DNA of 64,000 bases from a virus. Positions 46,701 through 55,931 of this stretch are shown here, one piece after another (within the stretch, counting starts at the first letter, position 1; each line of letters begins with the position of its first letter). Made by a program: the position numbers and the translations under genes. The stretch spans positions 2,254 through 66,253 of IMG/VR virus record IMGVR_UViG_3300042397_000475, one strand, 5' to 3'. The notes below the pieces were generated by a model that was not told where the DNA came from, made no database searches, and worked only from the letters and a program-made list of their open reading frames with translations.

Positions 46701-48146
46701 CTCAATGCTAGAGAATAATCCATAGTTTTCATATGCTTTGTCTATACTGTATTTCTTAATTGATTTAATTTTTTCTCTTGCTATTTCTCTTACATCTTCA
46801 AACTGTGTATCATCATTGGCAATTTCTTTGTATCTAGCAATACTTCTTTTTTCTGTTTCTGTAAGCTTTACTTGGCTTGCTTTTGCTAATGCTCCACTCA
46901 TTCCAAATCCCGATAAATTGCCTATTACAAAGCCGTCCACAACATCGTGCATTAATTTATTCCATTGCTCAGGAGATGCTTTACCATCAAGAATTCTATC
47001 TACACCAAAGCTTCCAATAGCAGCAACAACTTCTTCAACACCTTCTTCTAATCCACCCTTAAAGGCAGTCTGTATTCCTCCATCTAAAAAGCTTCTTACA
47101 ATTTTCTGTTTTGCAGCATCTTTTCCTTCATCTGCAACTAATTTTTTGATGCTACTTTTTACAGCGTCATCTGTCAAGCCAATCGCTTTTCTGCCCAATG
47201 ACCTAAGAGCGTTTAAGTCTCCTTGGAACATCATTTCTGACATACCTTCTACAAGACCGTATCCAATAGCTCTATAAGTATCTTCAACATCTACATCTCC
47301 ATCTTGTTGGTAAGCTCTTGTAACTTCTGCGCCACCTGCAGATATAGCAGCTCCTGTAAACACACCTGTTGAGCCTCCTGTTGCCGCCAAAAGCATTGAT
47401 TGAGGCATACTTCTAGCAACGTTTAAGCCTGCTATCTTAAAAGCATCACCTACATTACCTTCTGTTGCTAAGGTTAATATACTTTTATTCTGATTTTCGG
47501 GTGCAATTCCCCATTGTTTTTGAGATACGTCAAATAACACATCTCCAGCCCTTTGCATTTCGGAAGCTAACTCATATATAGGAGCAGCAATACTCTCTTT
47601 AGAAGTAGGTCGATTTTGAGCTTTTTGCTCTAAATTTATTATAGCTGCGCCTGACTCAATAACACCTTTGCCTTTAGTCGCTTGCTCTGCTAATTTACTT
47701 TGCTCTTCTATATTTTTAAAGAAACTACCTGGAGAGTAGCTACTTTTACCAGTATAGAAATCTTTAATTTCTTTAGCTGAACTAACAACATTTTCAGTCA
47801 CATTACCGATGAAGCCCAACAAACTGGCTGCCATATTAGGAATAGAAGTTTTTAATGCAGTAGATATTGCTCTAAAACCCCCACTTGACTCTTCGTCATC
47901 GTCTGATTTATATAAACCTGAATAAGCTTTTTTAGTTAAATCAACGCCCATCCCTGAATGGAAACCAACTTTAAATCCGCCATCCGTAGAACTTGCCTCC
48001 CCAGATGATGCCGTATCTTCTTTTTTTTTTATTGGTTTAGCAAAAGAGGCAAATGGGTCACTACCTACAGAAGCTGCAGGAGTTGCAATAGGTTTTGCAA
48101 AAGATGCAAATGGGTCATTGCCTGGATTGTTTGCGTTATTTAACAT
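40743..48146 (-). CDS. Giant internal virion / DNA ejection protein with zincin-like HExxH and LPD38-like C-terminal region
   Basis: 2467 aa; N-terminal DPFASFAKPI x2; AAHEIFHEAV; C-terminal DYHRGG...IPYLNV..Q and N.DTWRNRPI; podovirus ejection-gene position. Confidence 0.7.
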   Translation of the reverse strand: MLNNANNPGNDPFASFAKPIATPAASVGSDPFASFAKPIKKKEDTASSGEASSTDGGFKVGFHSGMGVDLTKKAYSGLYKSDDDEESSGGFRAISTALKTSIPNMAASLLGFIGNVTENVVSSAKEIKDFYTGKSSYSPGSFFKNIEEQSKLAEQATKGKGVIESGAAIINLEQKAQNRPTSKESIAAPIYELASEMQRAGDVLFDVSQKQWGIAPENQNKSILTLATEGNVGDAFKIAGLNVARSMPQSMLLAATGGSTGVFTGAAISAGGAEVTRAYQQDGDVDVEDTYRAIGYGLVEGMSEMMFQGDLNALRSLGRKAIGLTDDAVKSSIKKLVADEGKDAAKQKIVRSFLDGGIQTAFKGGLEEGVEEVVAAIGSFGVDRILDGKASPEQWNKLMHDVVDGFVIGNLSGFGMSGALAKASQVKLTETEKRSIARYKEIANDDTQFEDVREIAREKIKSIKKYSIDKAYENYGLFSSIEDKAQRADALDRANVIQSLEEKKQNVKDIDIQEDLDNQIKYHKDILDNIFEQNYSNILSRTQQGQEAMGKLAKANAEEFINSNNLFQEYETAHQEVINKIDNQLEVESTSLNQAANTLYSLQTQVEQNEELSNTEKDIVLNKIDQQLNKIEGYKFATKNGQLVSPVENADAFKSESKKRAERAKRLQNQRFEGEVIEVTNPEGKKSKMVASVSANGEVKLSPKRRYRSVSEEQAIEDNTVAVGDVTIESTEKDDSGNFVSAVLNDTKTGNKLKVTNGELISFLSNKEAKQQAMESANRQYSVDSNIMQAQNKILGKLTPGAKQRLANSYQALQSINPDAQIILYDNASDMANGLISRGYSKTKANKAAKTSTGLHHAGVIHIDVSRMSDSTAAHEIFHEAVVKMAKDNPAEFQAMKEKIIKVLSDNNIETLNKFLESYSNESQDVQNEEFLAELAGLMTTKDIQLDRPLMQKIAIAIRDFVASIADRLDSKVLSDYANSLFTEEASVEEVANFFEGLSKSLREGGVANLDYVTSRQEAPATTEDLEAQDPYSEGLSVEVEPDSFKASKPILKSQKIGKYEFPEGAVFESINLPSKSLKDVIAEYDGRVIIITSDATGYGVDSLGEPILGGFGFSTIKKNIEDGIGFASVNEGAVKSTMSRAYNIHGEGKAAVLIMIQPPFTTIGNSYGVKYFARGLKEVATATPEQLDSIKQAMKDYVLNNKAVADELAREDSKTGKRNTEKALFALIDSIDSNIDINQFTQEFIKDTTFNSRTAILNGFMIDSLDIRTNAKTDPVKLALKNVGYSKTGFLNEYGDSSFLTEDLISNNIGNFVVGGFEVDIKSEEQRNSEISELQNKGIEHPLFNGKLGGTNHFVLDGLYDVNENFSEYATAESAIDMAESERDDMVRELYPNDNDYKPKSRNKPLEERKYTDLLAEKKIAFKKDVLMPKGLVKFNKANVAASVARSMGFNLDESKRDDLKQAEFKQRQKDTLRQQVTLPSIMQNKRDELEALRKANLTTVWNGIVKALFERNINVKKAFEQADFEYALYAMYNKAGASNFGTLKFAERYKEIYEGVSKSNRKLLDDIIFLRRVIAIDNNRANLRKQLTDRIDFLKGILKTATSANDIKSIKKQIADLQKDLRDKPTVLHTSHTDYATKKDVPTNEVSAKKTLADMERLLGKEAYDALYSRSDKYFKAFSDILKYKFDNGIIDEATYNMYKDYNYSPRQFMMFMYGIQNNELSGITLNSFNSRGSLVTKKDINNITGGSEELLELDTEKLLHAAMIAAEVKVATNKATKVLHDEMVTANYDWIKEANYDRYSDGTIKMNPDGSPKILAADNAGKNNAFRNMYYKVDGKSYAFQMRDNLAKEFYDEQLFDKSNIYYKIISNSTGAAIVRAIATGMNMAFPISNIPVDIISQVHLNDIYAGGVAGQYQQAVTGTLNLAEELLKAEFKLGDNTDINNLILEYGQAGGLMLTQTMEANIAGKVGEALGLLGNISELASKLNAYKTMRDTMLEEYNKKNGRDAEGVDLEKIKAKAAFKARAAMDYHRGGLATKWLDGFIPYLNVLTQANKITAEYIINNPKEFTKKIGAVGGALAAITIYNLMVAGDDYDNDDVQNDLLKNIVIFHPFKNEDGTRAYTKIAVPNTVKGFLNIFQNQAEGIYYRSIDGKEKELEAWKADRLQKSLSVLLPSTSSFFPPAYKAIKEYSNNIDTWRNRPIYNGPKVEDWEEGADNKKVTEFMKVLGAATATTTNIRGTEYKTGGISPIRGQKALEDILPVSNPLVQMAYSLMDKSINTFSIGNLKPEQRSKYETGNLTDIPMAFLGAIKNRAVDVSDPKIVYKNGLKETFDVIQKAENRRYQIVKTQISEAVKAGKNFDAVGTIVNNNGEEFLSGAAKYYTFLKTKNTINYPQFENEYAQIMFEKSPVSQGKMIYQLNQDLLAPNKSPEAVKLLKDLIVLKMWDKAVIPYYLEAYNNEQKSIKK

Positions 48147-48170
48147 ATTTATTGTTTATAATCGGATTTA

Positions 48171-49703
48171 TTAATAACCTTCTACTGAGTAACCTAAGTT
48201 TACTGCGGCTTTAGCTGCTTCAACTTCATTTGGGAATTGCTTCCCAGGTCCGTATGAATTTTCTAAGTCTTTTTTACTAAGAAATTTACCTACACCTGGG
48301 AGTGCTGTATTAGCTACAGGCATTGAAGGCAAGCTAGGGAATTTCTTTAATAGACCAAGAGACTTTGCATTTGTTTTCCCGCCCAATGCAGTTACTAAGT
48401 TATAATAGGTTTTACTTCTAGCCAAATCTTTTGGCAATACAACCTCTTTTCTTATTCCAGTAGACATACCATTTTTAATCAAATCATCTACTGATTCACC
48501 CCCTTTAGGTACATAGTAAGCTAAACGCGGGCTACCTTTTTCGTCATAAAAAAGTTCTGACGCTAATACTCTTTGGGTATTACCTTTTATTTCTAAATCA
48601 ATCTTAGGCGGTTTTTCAAAACCTAAAATAGGCTTTCCTTTTTGGTCATAATAATACCCGTCAGAACCTGGATTTTGAAGCAAATCTCTTTGCGCATTAT
48701 AATACGCAGTTTGCGCGCGCGCGGCTGCTGTAGAAGCTCCTTTTTGAGCCAACTCAGCTTTTACCATTTGTGGTGCAAACTGTGCTTGTACTTTTTCTTG
48801 CGTAGCTTTTGCTTCTTCAGCTTCTAATTGTGCTTTACGAACAGTTTCTTTAGCAGAAACACCTACTTTAACTTGGTTATTTAAGTAGAATTCAGTAATC
48901 TGTTCGTCACTTAAACCAGCTGCAGGAAACCCACTCTGTTCTTTTAATAAAGGGATTAAAGTTGGGTCTTTAGCTTTTAGTTCAGCTGTTATTTGAGCTA
49001 AATAAGGAACTTCTCTTGTAGTTCCATCAGGATTAGTAATAGTAATAGTCTTAGGCATACTAACTCGACCATCTTCTCCGACTACCCAGTTTTTAGGAAT
49101 TTCTGCTTCAATGTCTGTAATGCCTCCTTTAGTATTTGTTATCTGTTTTTTTATTGGGCTATATGGCGCAATAGTTTTAAAGATATTAACAAACTTCTTT
49201 GAGCCATCTAGATTATTAGTATATGTCTTAGAAAAAGCTGCTTGTAAGTCTCTTGGATTTTTAATAAGATTTTCATTGCTCATTAAAGAACCAAGCTCAG
49301 CATAATATTTCTGAAAGCTTAACAAATCTTCTTTCGAACCAATACCTAGTTGCAATGCTTTTTCGTATTCTTTAGCTGCTAAATCATAGCCTGTCTTAAG
49401 GTCTTTTATATCAGAAACGGCTCTTCTAATTTCTCCAATTTTATTATAATCCAGTTTCCCATTTTGCATTATAGAAGAACTAGCATTACCTAAAAGGCTA
49501 TTTGCTTTAGAGGTAATACTTTGTTGCCCATAAATATTTATATCCTTTTTTAGGGCTTCAATATTAGCAAAAGTATTTTCTGCAAGCGTATAATCGCGCT
49601 GCTGTTGCTGAATTAATTGCGTAAAAATATTGCCAAGACCTGATTGCGCTTGCTGAAAATCTTGTCTAATACTTTCTGCTGGGTTATAAATATATCCTGC
49701 CAT
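48171..49703 (-). CDS. Putative internal virion / ejection protein (510 aa)
   Basis: Helical; lies between the pilot-like gene and the giant gene. Confidence 0.6.
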   Translation of the reverse strand: MAGYIYNPAESIRQDFQQAQSGLGNIFTQLIQQQQRDYTLAENTFANIEALKKDINIYGQQSITSKANSLLGNASSSIMQNGKLDYNKIGEIRRAVSDIKDLKTGYDLAAKEYEKALQLGIGSKEDLLSFQKYYAELGSLMSNENLIKNPRDLQAAFSKTYTNNLDGSKKFVNIFKTIAPYSPIKKQITNTKGGITDIEAEIPKNWVVGEDGRVSMPKTITITNPDGTTREVPYLAQITAELKAKDPTLIPLLKEQSGFPAAGLSDEQITEFYLNNQVKVGVSAKETVRKAQLEAEEAKATQEKVQAQFAPQMVKAELAQKGASTAAARAQTAYYNAQRDLLQNPGSDGYYYDQKGKPILGFEKPPKIDLEIKGNTQRVLASELFYDEKGSPRLAYYVPKGGESVDDLIKNGMSTGIRKEVVLPKDLARSKTYYNLVTALGGKTNAKSLGLLKKFPSLPSMPVANTALPGVGKFLSKKDLENSYGPGKQFPNEVEAAKAAVNLGYSVEGY

Positions 49704-49705
49704 AA

Positions 49706-50761
49706 TTAATTACGAGTTGAGAACCATTGTTTATTTATAGGGTCCCAAGAATATTGAGAATCAAAAGTTTGTTGCGCATCCATTACAGGAGTTCCTACTT
49801 TAAATCCGCCAGGAGCCATTGCTGCGAATGAAAAATCTTGCCCCGTCGACCCCATTAAAGGGTTTCCTAATAAAGAAGTTGAATCAGACTTAACTCCTGA
49901 TGAGCCAAATATACCTAGTCCAGTTGGGTTAAATTGACCGCTAGAAAAGAATGAGCCTAATTTGTTCATAGTTTTTTGATTAGCCTGATTGCCTCCTCCA
50001 TATATTTTAGTAAGCATATCCATATTATCTTTTTGGTTTTGCATTTGCAACATCCCCATACCTAATCCTGAAGCAATACCTCCAATTCCTGAATAAATAG
50101 CACTTCTAGCTTCTTGAATTGCTGCAGCTTTAGCTTGTTCTTGGTCAAACAATTGTTGATTAAGATTCATCTCGCCTTCTAACTTATTCTGAGTAACACC
50201 CATAATATTAGCTTGTCTATTAGCTAAAGAAGAAAACTCTAAGCCTCTTTCTCTCATTGCAGCTGCAGCAGTTTGACCTAGAGCAGCTAATTGATTTTGC
50301 TGAGCTTGATTCTGTAATGCAAATTGCTGCTCTGCTGAACGTGCACTAATAGCGTTTTGAGCTTGATTTTCTCCTTGTTGAGATAATAAAGCAGCTGTCA
50401 TAATATCTGTGCCACTACCAGCTCCTCTTGTTGCTGCAGCTAATGCGTTAGCAGATGTTTGTGCTGCTTGGTCTCTAGCAATTTGTTCTCCAGCTCCACG
50501 CGATTGACCTGATGCCATACGCTTAGCTAAGTCAGCTTGCTGCTCTACTTTAGTAAAACGAGAAATATCTCCTTGATATGTAGGTGTTGATTTTGCTTGA
50601 GACAATAGGTCTGCGTAACCTGTATCGAATGCGCTTCTTTGTTGTCCTGCAAAAACACGTTGATTAGCTAATTGTCTTTTGGCTTCGTTTTTCTTGCCAA
50701 CAGCTCCAATTACATTCATTGCGCCTCCTGCTGCTCCTAAAAGTAATGATGGTAATGCCAT
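49706..50761 (-). CDS. Putative DNA pilot / ejection protein (351 aa)
   Basis: A/Q/G-rich with N-terminal LLLGAAGGAMNVIGAVG and internal GIGGIASGLG segments. Confidence 0.65.
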   Translation of the reverse strand: MALPSLLLGAAGGAMNVIGAVGKKNEAKRQLANQRVFAGQQRSAFDTGYADLLSQAKSTPTYQGDISRFTKVEQQADLAKRMASGQSRGAGEQIARDQAAQTSANALAAATRGAGSGTDIMTAALLSQQGENQAQNAISARSAEQQFALQNQAQQNQLAALGQTAAAAMRERGLEFSSLANRQANIMGVTQNKLEGEMNLNQQLFDQEQAKAAAIQEARSAIYSGIGGIASGLGMGMLQMQNQKDNMDMLTKIYGGGNQANQKTMNKLGSFFSSGQFNPTGLGIFGSSGVKSDSTSLLGNPLMGSTGQDFSFAAMAPGGFKVGTPVMDAQQTFDSQYSWDPINKQWFSTRN

Positions 50762-50773
50762 TTTGTATTATTG

Positions 50774-53700
50774 TTATGAGTGTCCTGATATTGGTTGTAC
50801 TTCTATATCTAAGGAGTTCAATCTCATATTCTGAGTTTTATCCTTTAAAGATACGACAAAATTATTTAGATAGCCAATTATGTAGTTACCTGATATTAAT
50901 CCACCAGTTGATGAGCTGTCTCTTAATATGTGCGCATACAATCTATTGTCCTCTGCTATAAAGTTAGTTTCGTTTATTGCGCTTGTTTGTCCATTCTCAT
51001 TTGTTATAGCAATTGACAATAAAGATTCTTTAACTCCGTTAGCTTTAGAGTAGTCCATAACGTTCATATTGTGCGATACAGACACGTTCAAAGGCATAAT
51101 AGGCAATCTACTGTTCAGCGTAAAAGTAATCGCAGAATCAACGGCGGAAACCCCTAAGAAGGCGTTATATCCTGACTGTAATGACTTATAAACTACACCG
51201 CTCTTAAATAATACCATCTTATCTCCGTAGCTTTCTGCGTAATCTGGTTTAAATGTATACTTAGATATCCAACGCTTCAACGTATCTGAGTATCCTAAAG
51301 AGGTTGCCTCCTCTCCAATAGACACAAAGCACATATTATAGAATGGGTCAAAAGCAAATTTGGCAGCACCTGATTTAGTCAAGAACTCTGAGCGCATATA
51401 TACATCGCTTACTAGCTCAATGCCTTTTTCGTTGTACTTAATTATTTTCTTATTGTAGTTGTCCCACCACCAGATATTTCCCTTGTAGTTGAACGCCGAC
51501 TGCTTTTCTTGTAAGCCGTAGTTATATCCAAGGTTACGAATTGTACCTATTACATTAGAAGAGATAGATAAGATGCCTTGATTATTACCTTGCGTTAATT
51601 CTTGTTCTCCTAATAGGATATAAGCAGATTCATTCTGACATAAAGCAAGTAACATTGTGCCATTGCCTTGTAATCTTGAAGCTCTGTGTAATGCTACAAT
51701 CTCACCGTTCTCAACTGGCACATCTGCGCTATCTAAAGCAAAGAATGAGCTAAGGTTATTAATCTTAGTTCCTGCTACATAATTACCTCCATAACGAATA
51801 GTGTTTTTTCGCGAAGTTGTATTTAAGTTTTTGGAAACTAATACTAATGGCTTTCCAGCTGAAGTATTCCAGTGTTGTTTTGAAGTAGCAGTAGAAGACG
51901 CGCGGAAAACAAGCTTTTCTTTTGTACCCGATATAATTGAGTTTGAATCGTAAGTAGTGATAGTCTTTGGCTTAGTTCTATCTCCATTTAAACTAAACAG
52001 AATACCCCTTGTTTCACCAGTTGTCTTAGCAATAGTTACTGAGCCATTTGAGAAATCTGTTCCACCTCCAACTAATGTAAGCGTTAAATCTGTATAGAAC
52101 TTGTCATTTGCTGCAATGTCATTATCTGAAGACAATAACACTTCTTTAGTTACATTAATATTGTAAGTACCTGATGAAGTTGTTCCGCTACCTGTATGAT
52201 AATATGTATAGTCGGCGCTTGTTAAGAAGTTTTGAATAGGACCAAATACGACTGGGGCACCATATGTATTTGTATTGTTATCATAAGGAACTCTGTATAT
52301 CTGTCCCTTTAGGCTCCAAGTAATATATGGTGTATTTGTAGATGCAAACGGTCTTGTTACAGACATACTTGCTGTAAGTGTTGCGGTTAAAGTTATCTTA
52401 TTAACATCATCTTGGTCTCCTATATCATAGAATCCTGACACCGCCATATAATTACCTGCAGACACTGTAGCATTTGAGTCATCTAAGAATCTAGCTGTAT
52501 CACCATTAGGATTAGCTTCAAAAGAAGTTAATACTAATTTTGTTGTAGATGGCGAAGGTGTTGGAGACGATGAGGTAGCAAACTTTGTCATTGACTGATA
52601 AACAAATCCATTTGCTGACGCTACTACATCTTCAGTTACCTGCTTTGGTAAATCCTTAACTGTATTATATAAGAATGGAGAAGTTGAATATACAGGCAAA
52701 TCAACTTTAGAAAATACCATATCTCCTAATAACTTGTTTGTGTTCAAAGTTCCGTCTCCTGATATATCTTTATTAGTAGATGCGACCCAATTTTCCCCAG
52801 TAGATGTAATATCAATTAAGCTACCATACTCATAAAAGAGTAATGACTCATCTTCTGGAACTTGCTTAGGCGTATAAATCTCAAAATATAGACTCTTTGC
52901 TACTGGTATAGCAGGATTTGACATAACATCCTTATCGTACTTGCAATACAAGAAATTGTCGTTCTGACTTTCTATTCTAAGGTCAAGTAATCCAATAGGA
53001 GTGTTAATAGAAATCCTGTCGCCATCAGAGAAGTTGTATATATTATTAGCTCTGAACATACCCATTAAGTCAACAACAAGAGAACTAACGTTCTTTAATT
53101 GGTCAACTGTAATAGACTGAGATATCGTGGTTATTTCTGTAACAGCTTTTGTAGTCGATAAAGTTGTTAAAGACTTTAACTCAAAGAAGATATTACTTGC
53201 ATATCCTTCATAGATATATGACTTAGAGATATTCTTAGTATATACTAATTGTGCATACTTTGCCCAAGAAGGCTTAGCCCAAGTAGAACCTAAAGCAACT
53301 CTGATTGTTGGCAATATAGGATAAGCGAACTTTCCTGTATTAAACTTAACATACTTCTCCACACCGCGCGTCTTCATAGCTTCATCATAGTAAGCTAATC
53401 CAATACCATAAGTTGAGTTATTAGCAAATGGCTTATAATAAGCGGTTGAAGTAGACTCTTTGCTACTAAGAGCCGCCTCTGCAAATAGATTACTAGAAGA
53501 CAAATAGCTTCCATATGTGCCACCTGATGTAGATGGCTCATATCCGTTACCAGCAAGTTTAGTAATAGTAAAGTCTAGGTTAGCAGAAGTTATATCATAG
53601 TCATCTACAATATTAGCTAAGAATACACGATTCTTGGCAATCTCAATATGTTTAGCGCTAACTGGAACAGCGTCAAATGGCTTAGATGTCGTTACTGAAT

Positions 53701-54523
53701 CTAAGCTCTCATATATTTGTCCTGTCCAAATAAAGTCTCTACTTGGTGGAGTAGCTAAGGCGTCTCCTATTTTCCAAGTATCAATTCTACGCCAGATACC
53801 TGCATTACCAATTCTTGTATATACTTCTAAGTATTCTGCATTTGCAGGCGCTCCTGAAAAAGAATAATTAAACCCGTATTCAGTTATACCAACCTCAGCC
53901 TTATACATCTGAGAATAAGAACTCATTGCTGAGTATTCTCCTGACTTGTATTGATATCTAGCACAAAACTGGAAGTCATTAGTTTCCAAGAACTCTAATC
54001 CAGCTTCTGCTGTGCCAACTACTTTATTAATAGAGAATGTGTTATTAGGTGTTCTTTTAACTAACTTCAAGTCCCCAATTGCAGGATTTACAGCAGTCGA
54101 CCATCCATCTAAACAAAACAATAAAGGTGTTCCTGTACCGTGATAATTCCAGATAATACAGTTGTCTAGAACTTTAATGTCAGGAGCAAAATCAGTGCTT
54201 ACGCTATGAGTATAGCTAAGAATTAAAACTTTAGAATCTAATGTCGTAGGTATTCTATAAATATACGCTGTAGCGACATTTACCGTTAAAACATAAATCT
54301 GACCATCCGCCGACTGGTGCGTATCTTTAATTGTATGGGAAGAAAAATTTATATTAGGGTTATCAGCTAATATAGACTCAAGCATCTTAATTGCTCCAGC
54401 ACCACCCGTTTTACCTGAATCAAAGATTATATTAGTTGCATCTGAATAATCGCCCTCTGGCAATAAATTCAAGTCTACATCTTTATTTAATCCGCCTGTA
54501 GCTTTTAAAGATACTTTAGCCAT
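50774..54523 (-). CDS. Tail stabilisation / muzzle protein (P22 gp10-like, crAss-like)
   Basis: 1249 aa; GGLNKDVD..LLPEGDY.DA.NI N-terminus; NRVFLAN; AFDPFYN; next to the ring proteins. Confidence 0.75.
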   Translation of the reverse strand: MAKVSLKATGGLNKDVDLNLLPEGDYSDATNIIFDSGKTGGAGAIKMLESILADNPNINFSSHTIKDTHQSADGQIYVLTVNVATAYIYRIPTTLDSKVLILSYTHSVSTDFAPDIKVLDNCIIWNYHGTGTPLLFCLDGWSTAVNPAIGDLKLVKRTPNNTFSINKVVGTAEAGLEFLETNDFQFCARYQYKSGEYSAMSSYSQMYKAEVGITEYGFNYSFSGAPANAEYLEVYTRIGNAGIWRRIDTWKIGDALATPPSRDFIWTGQIYESLDSVTTSKPFDAVPVSAKHIEIAKNRVFLANIVDDYDITSANLDFTITKLAGNGYEPSTSGGTYGSYLSSSNLFAEAALSSKESTSTAYYKPFANNSTYGIGLAYYDEAMKTRGVEKYVKFNTGKFAYPILPTIRVALGSTWAKPSWAKYAQLVYTKNISKSYIYEGYASNIFFELKSLTTLSTTKAVTEITTISQSITVDQLKNVSSLVVDLMGMFRANNIYNFSDGDRISINTPIGLLDLRIESQNDNFLYCKYDKDVMSNPAIPVAKSLYFEIYTPKQVPEDESLLFYEYGSLIDITSTGENWVASTNKDISGDGTLNTNKLLGDMVFSKVDLPVYSTSPFLYNTVKDLPKQVTEDVVASANGFVYQSMTKFATSSSPTPSPSTTKLVLTSFEANPNGDTARFLDDSNATVSAGNYMAVSGFYDIGDQDDVNKITLTATLTASMSVTRPFASTNTPYITWSLKGQIYRVPYDNNTNTYGAPVVFGPIQNFLTSADYTYYHTGSGTTSSGTYNINVTKEVLLSSDNDIAANDKFYTDLTLTLVGGGTDFSNGSVTIAKTTGETRGILFSLNGDRTKPKTITTYDSNSIISGTKEKLVFRASSTATSKQHWNTSAGKPLVLVSKNLNTTSRKNTIRYGGNYVAGTKINNLSSFFALDSADVPVENGEIVALHRASRLQGNGTMLLALCQNESAYILLGEQELTQGNNQGILSISSNVIGTIRNLGYNYGLQEKQSAFNYKGNIWWWDNYNKKIIKYNEKGIELVSDVYMRSEFLTKSGAAKFAFDPFYNMCFVSIGEEATSLGYSDTLKRWISKYTFKPDYAESYGDKMVLFKSGVVYKSLQSGYNAFLGVSAVDSAITFTLNSRLPIMPLNVSVSHNMNVMDYSKANGVKESLLSIAITNENGQTSAINETNFIAEDNRLYAHILRDSSSTGGLISGNYIIGYLNNFVVSLKDKTQNMRLNSLDIEVQPISGHS

Positions 54524-54531
54524 TATGTTAA

Positions 54532-55290
54532 TTAGTTTTTAAGTGCACCGTGGATACCGTTTCTGATTAAGCTAATCATTTCCGCGAAGTCCATTGAATT
54601 CATTCTTGCTCTAAATACGCGTTTAGCGTTTTGATAATCCTGTTGTGCTAGTTGATACTTACCAATAGTAGAACCTTCTGCCTTAGCTGCCATCATAGTA
54701 ATATACTTACTAATAACATCTGTTGCATATGGAGTCACTACGTTAGCTGTAGAACGAGATACTGCTGAAGTTATATAAGTTAACGTAACCTCAATTAAAT
54801 CCATCGTATTGCTAAATACTAGCTCCGAATTAATGGTGTCAATATCGTAAGTCATTAAAGGATTTCTTTGACGACCATAGAAGCGACCAATTAACTCACC
54901 TCTGGAGTTCATAGTTGCACCACCGCTAATTAAGTTGTAGTTAAATTCAGCATCATAGTTAACTGACTGCTCAGCTGGATAAGGTATTTTATTACCTTGA
55001 GTATCTCTGTTATACAGCTTGTTAAGGTTACGTACTCTTTCTAATGGTAAAAGATGCTCGCCGTGCTTTCCAGATACGTCCACAACATCAATAAAGTCAG
55101 CAGGGAGAATAGCCCTGCGATAATCAGTAACACTAAGAACAACAGTCTTAATATTACCCATATCAAAGTCAAGAGATAGTTCATCTAAGCATCGAAGTCC
55201 GTGATGTAAATATCGAGTATAATAGTGTAACGGCAAACCGTTATCTAACAAAGTATCTCTTACGATAACGTCTAAACTCTTTGTCTTCAT
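54532..55290 (-). CDS. Tail ring / tubular protein
   Basis: 252 aa; LPADFIDVV motif; crAss-like synteny. Confidence 0.65.
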   Translation of the reverse strand: MKTKSLDVIVRDTLLDNGLPLHYYTRYLHHGLRCLDELSLDFDMGNIKTVVLSVTDYRRAILPADFIDVVDVSGKHGEHLLPLERVRNLNKLYNRDTQGNKIPYPAEQSVNYDAEFNYNLISGGATMNSRGELIGRFYGRQRNPLMTYDIDTINSELVFSNTMDLIEVTLTYITSAVSRSTANVVTPYATDVISKYITMMAAKAEGSTIGKYQLAQQDYQNAKRVFRARMNSMDFAEMISLIRNGIHGALKN

Positions 55291-55292
55291 TC

Positions 55293-55925
55293 TTATTGTT
55301 GTTTACTAGCTACTTCCGCCTGAGATACACGACCATTGCTAATTGTTTCTAAAACGTCTGCAATGATTGTAGACTCAACTTCTGGTGAAATTGGTAACAA
55401 ATCATTGTCTCCAAATTGACTTAAATCCATTGTTAATAAGTTAACAACAACTGAAGTTACTGTACCGTTAGCAGTAAGTGTAATGTTCTTTGTAAAGTAC
55501 ACTCTTTTGCCTTGTACATAATACCCAATCTTGCCTTCCAGGTAGCTTAAGTTTGCCCCCTGAAATACCAATACATCTTGTGCAGGGATTGGTATATAAG
55601 GATTCATCGCTCCAGTTGCTGCTGCAATAGACCAAATACCCATATCCATAGGCAATGTTAATGGAATAACAGGAAGTGTAATATAAGCGCGATTGTTTCC
55701 TGAGTCAGCAGTAACAGCAGCTGTGTATTCAATTAAGTTACACTTAGGTACATCAATCATACCCGCCTTAAATGACTCAGCTACCTGTAGCTTAAGTACT
55801 TTATTAAGGCTTTGACCAACAAGTAAAATAATCTCTCTTGTGTCAATTATATCAGACGGGTTCTCTTTATCTATAAATCTAGCATAAAGGCGCTGTATCT
55901 GTTCAGCTAAAATTTTCTTAGTCAT
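55293..55925 (-). CDS. Tail ring / structural protein
   Basis: 210 aa; synteny with ring genes. Confidence 0.6.
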   Translation of the reverse strand: MTKKILAEQIQRLYARFIDKENPSDIIDTREIILLVGQSLNKVLKLQVAESFKAGMIDVPKCNLIEYTAAVTADSGNNRAYITLPVIPLTLPMDMGIWSIAAATGAMNPYIPIPAQDVLVFQGANLSYLEGKIGYYVQGKRVYFTKNITLTANGTVTSVVVNLLTMDLSQFGDNDLLPISPEVESTIIADVLETISNGRVSQAEVASKQQ

Positions 55926-55931
55926 AACTTA

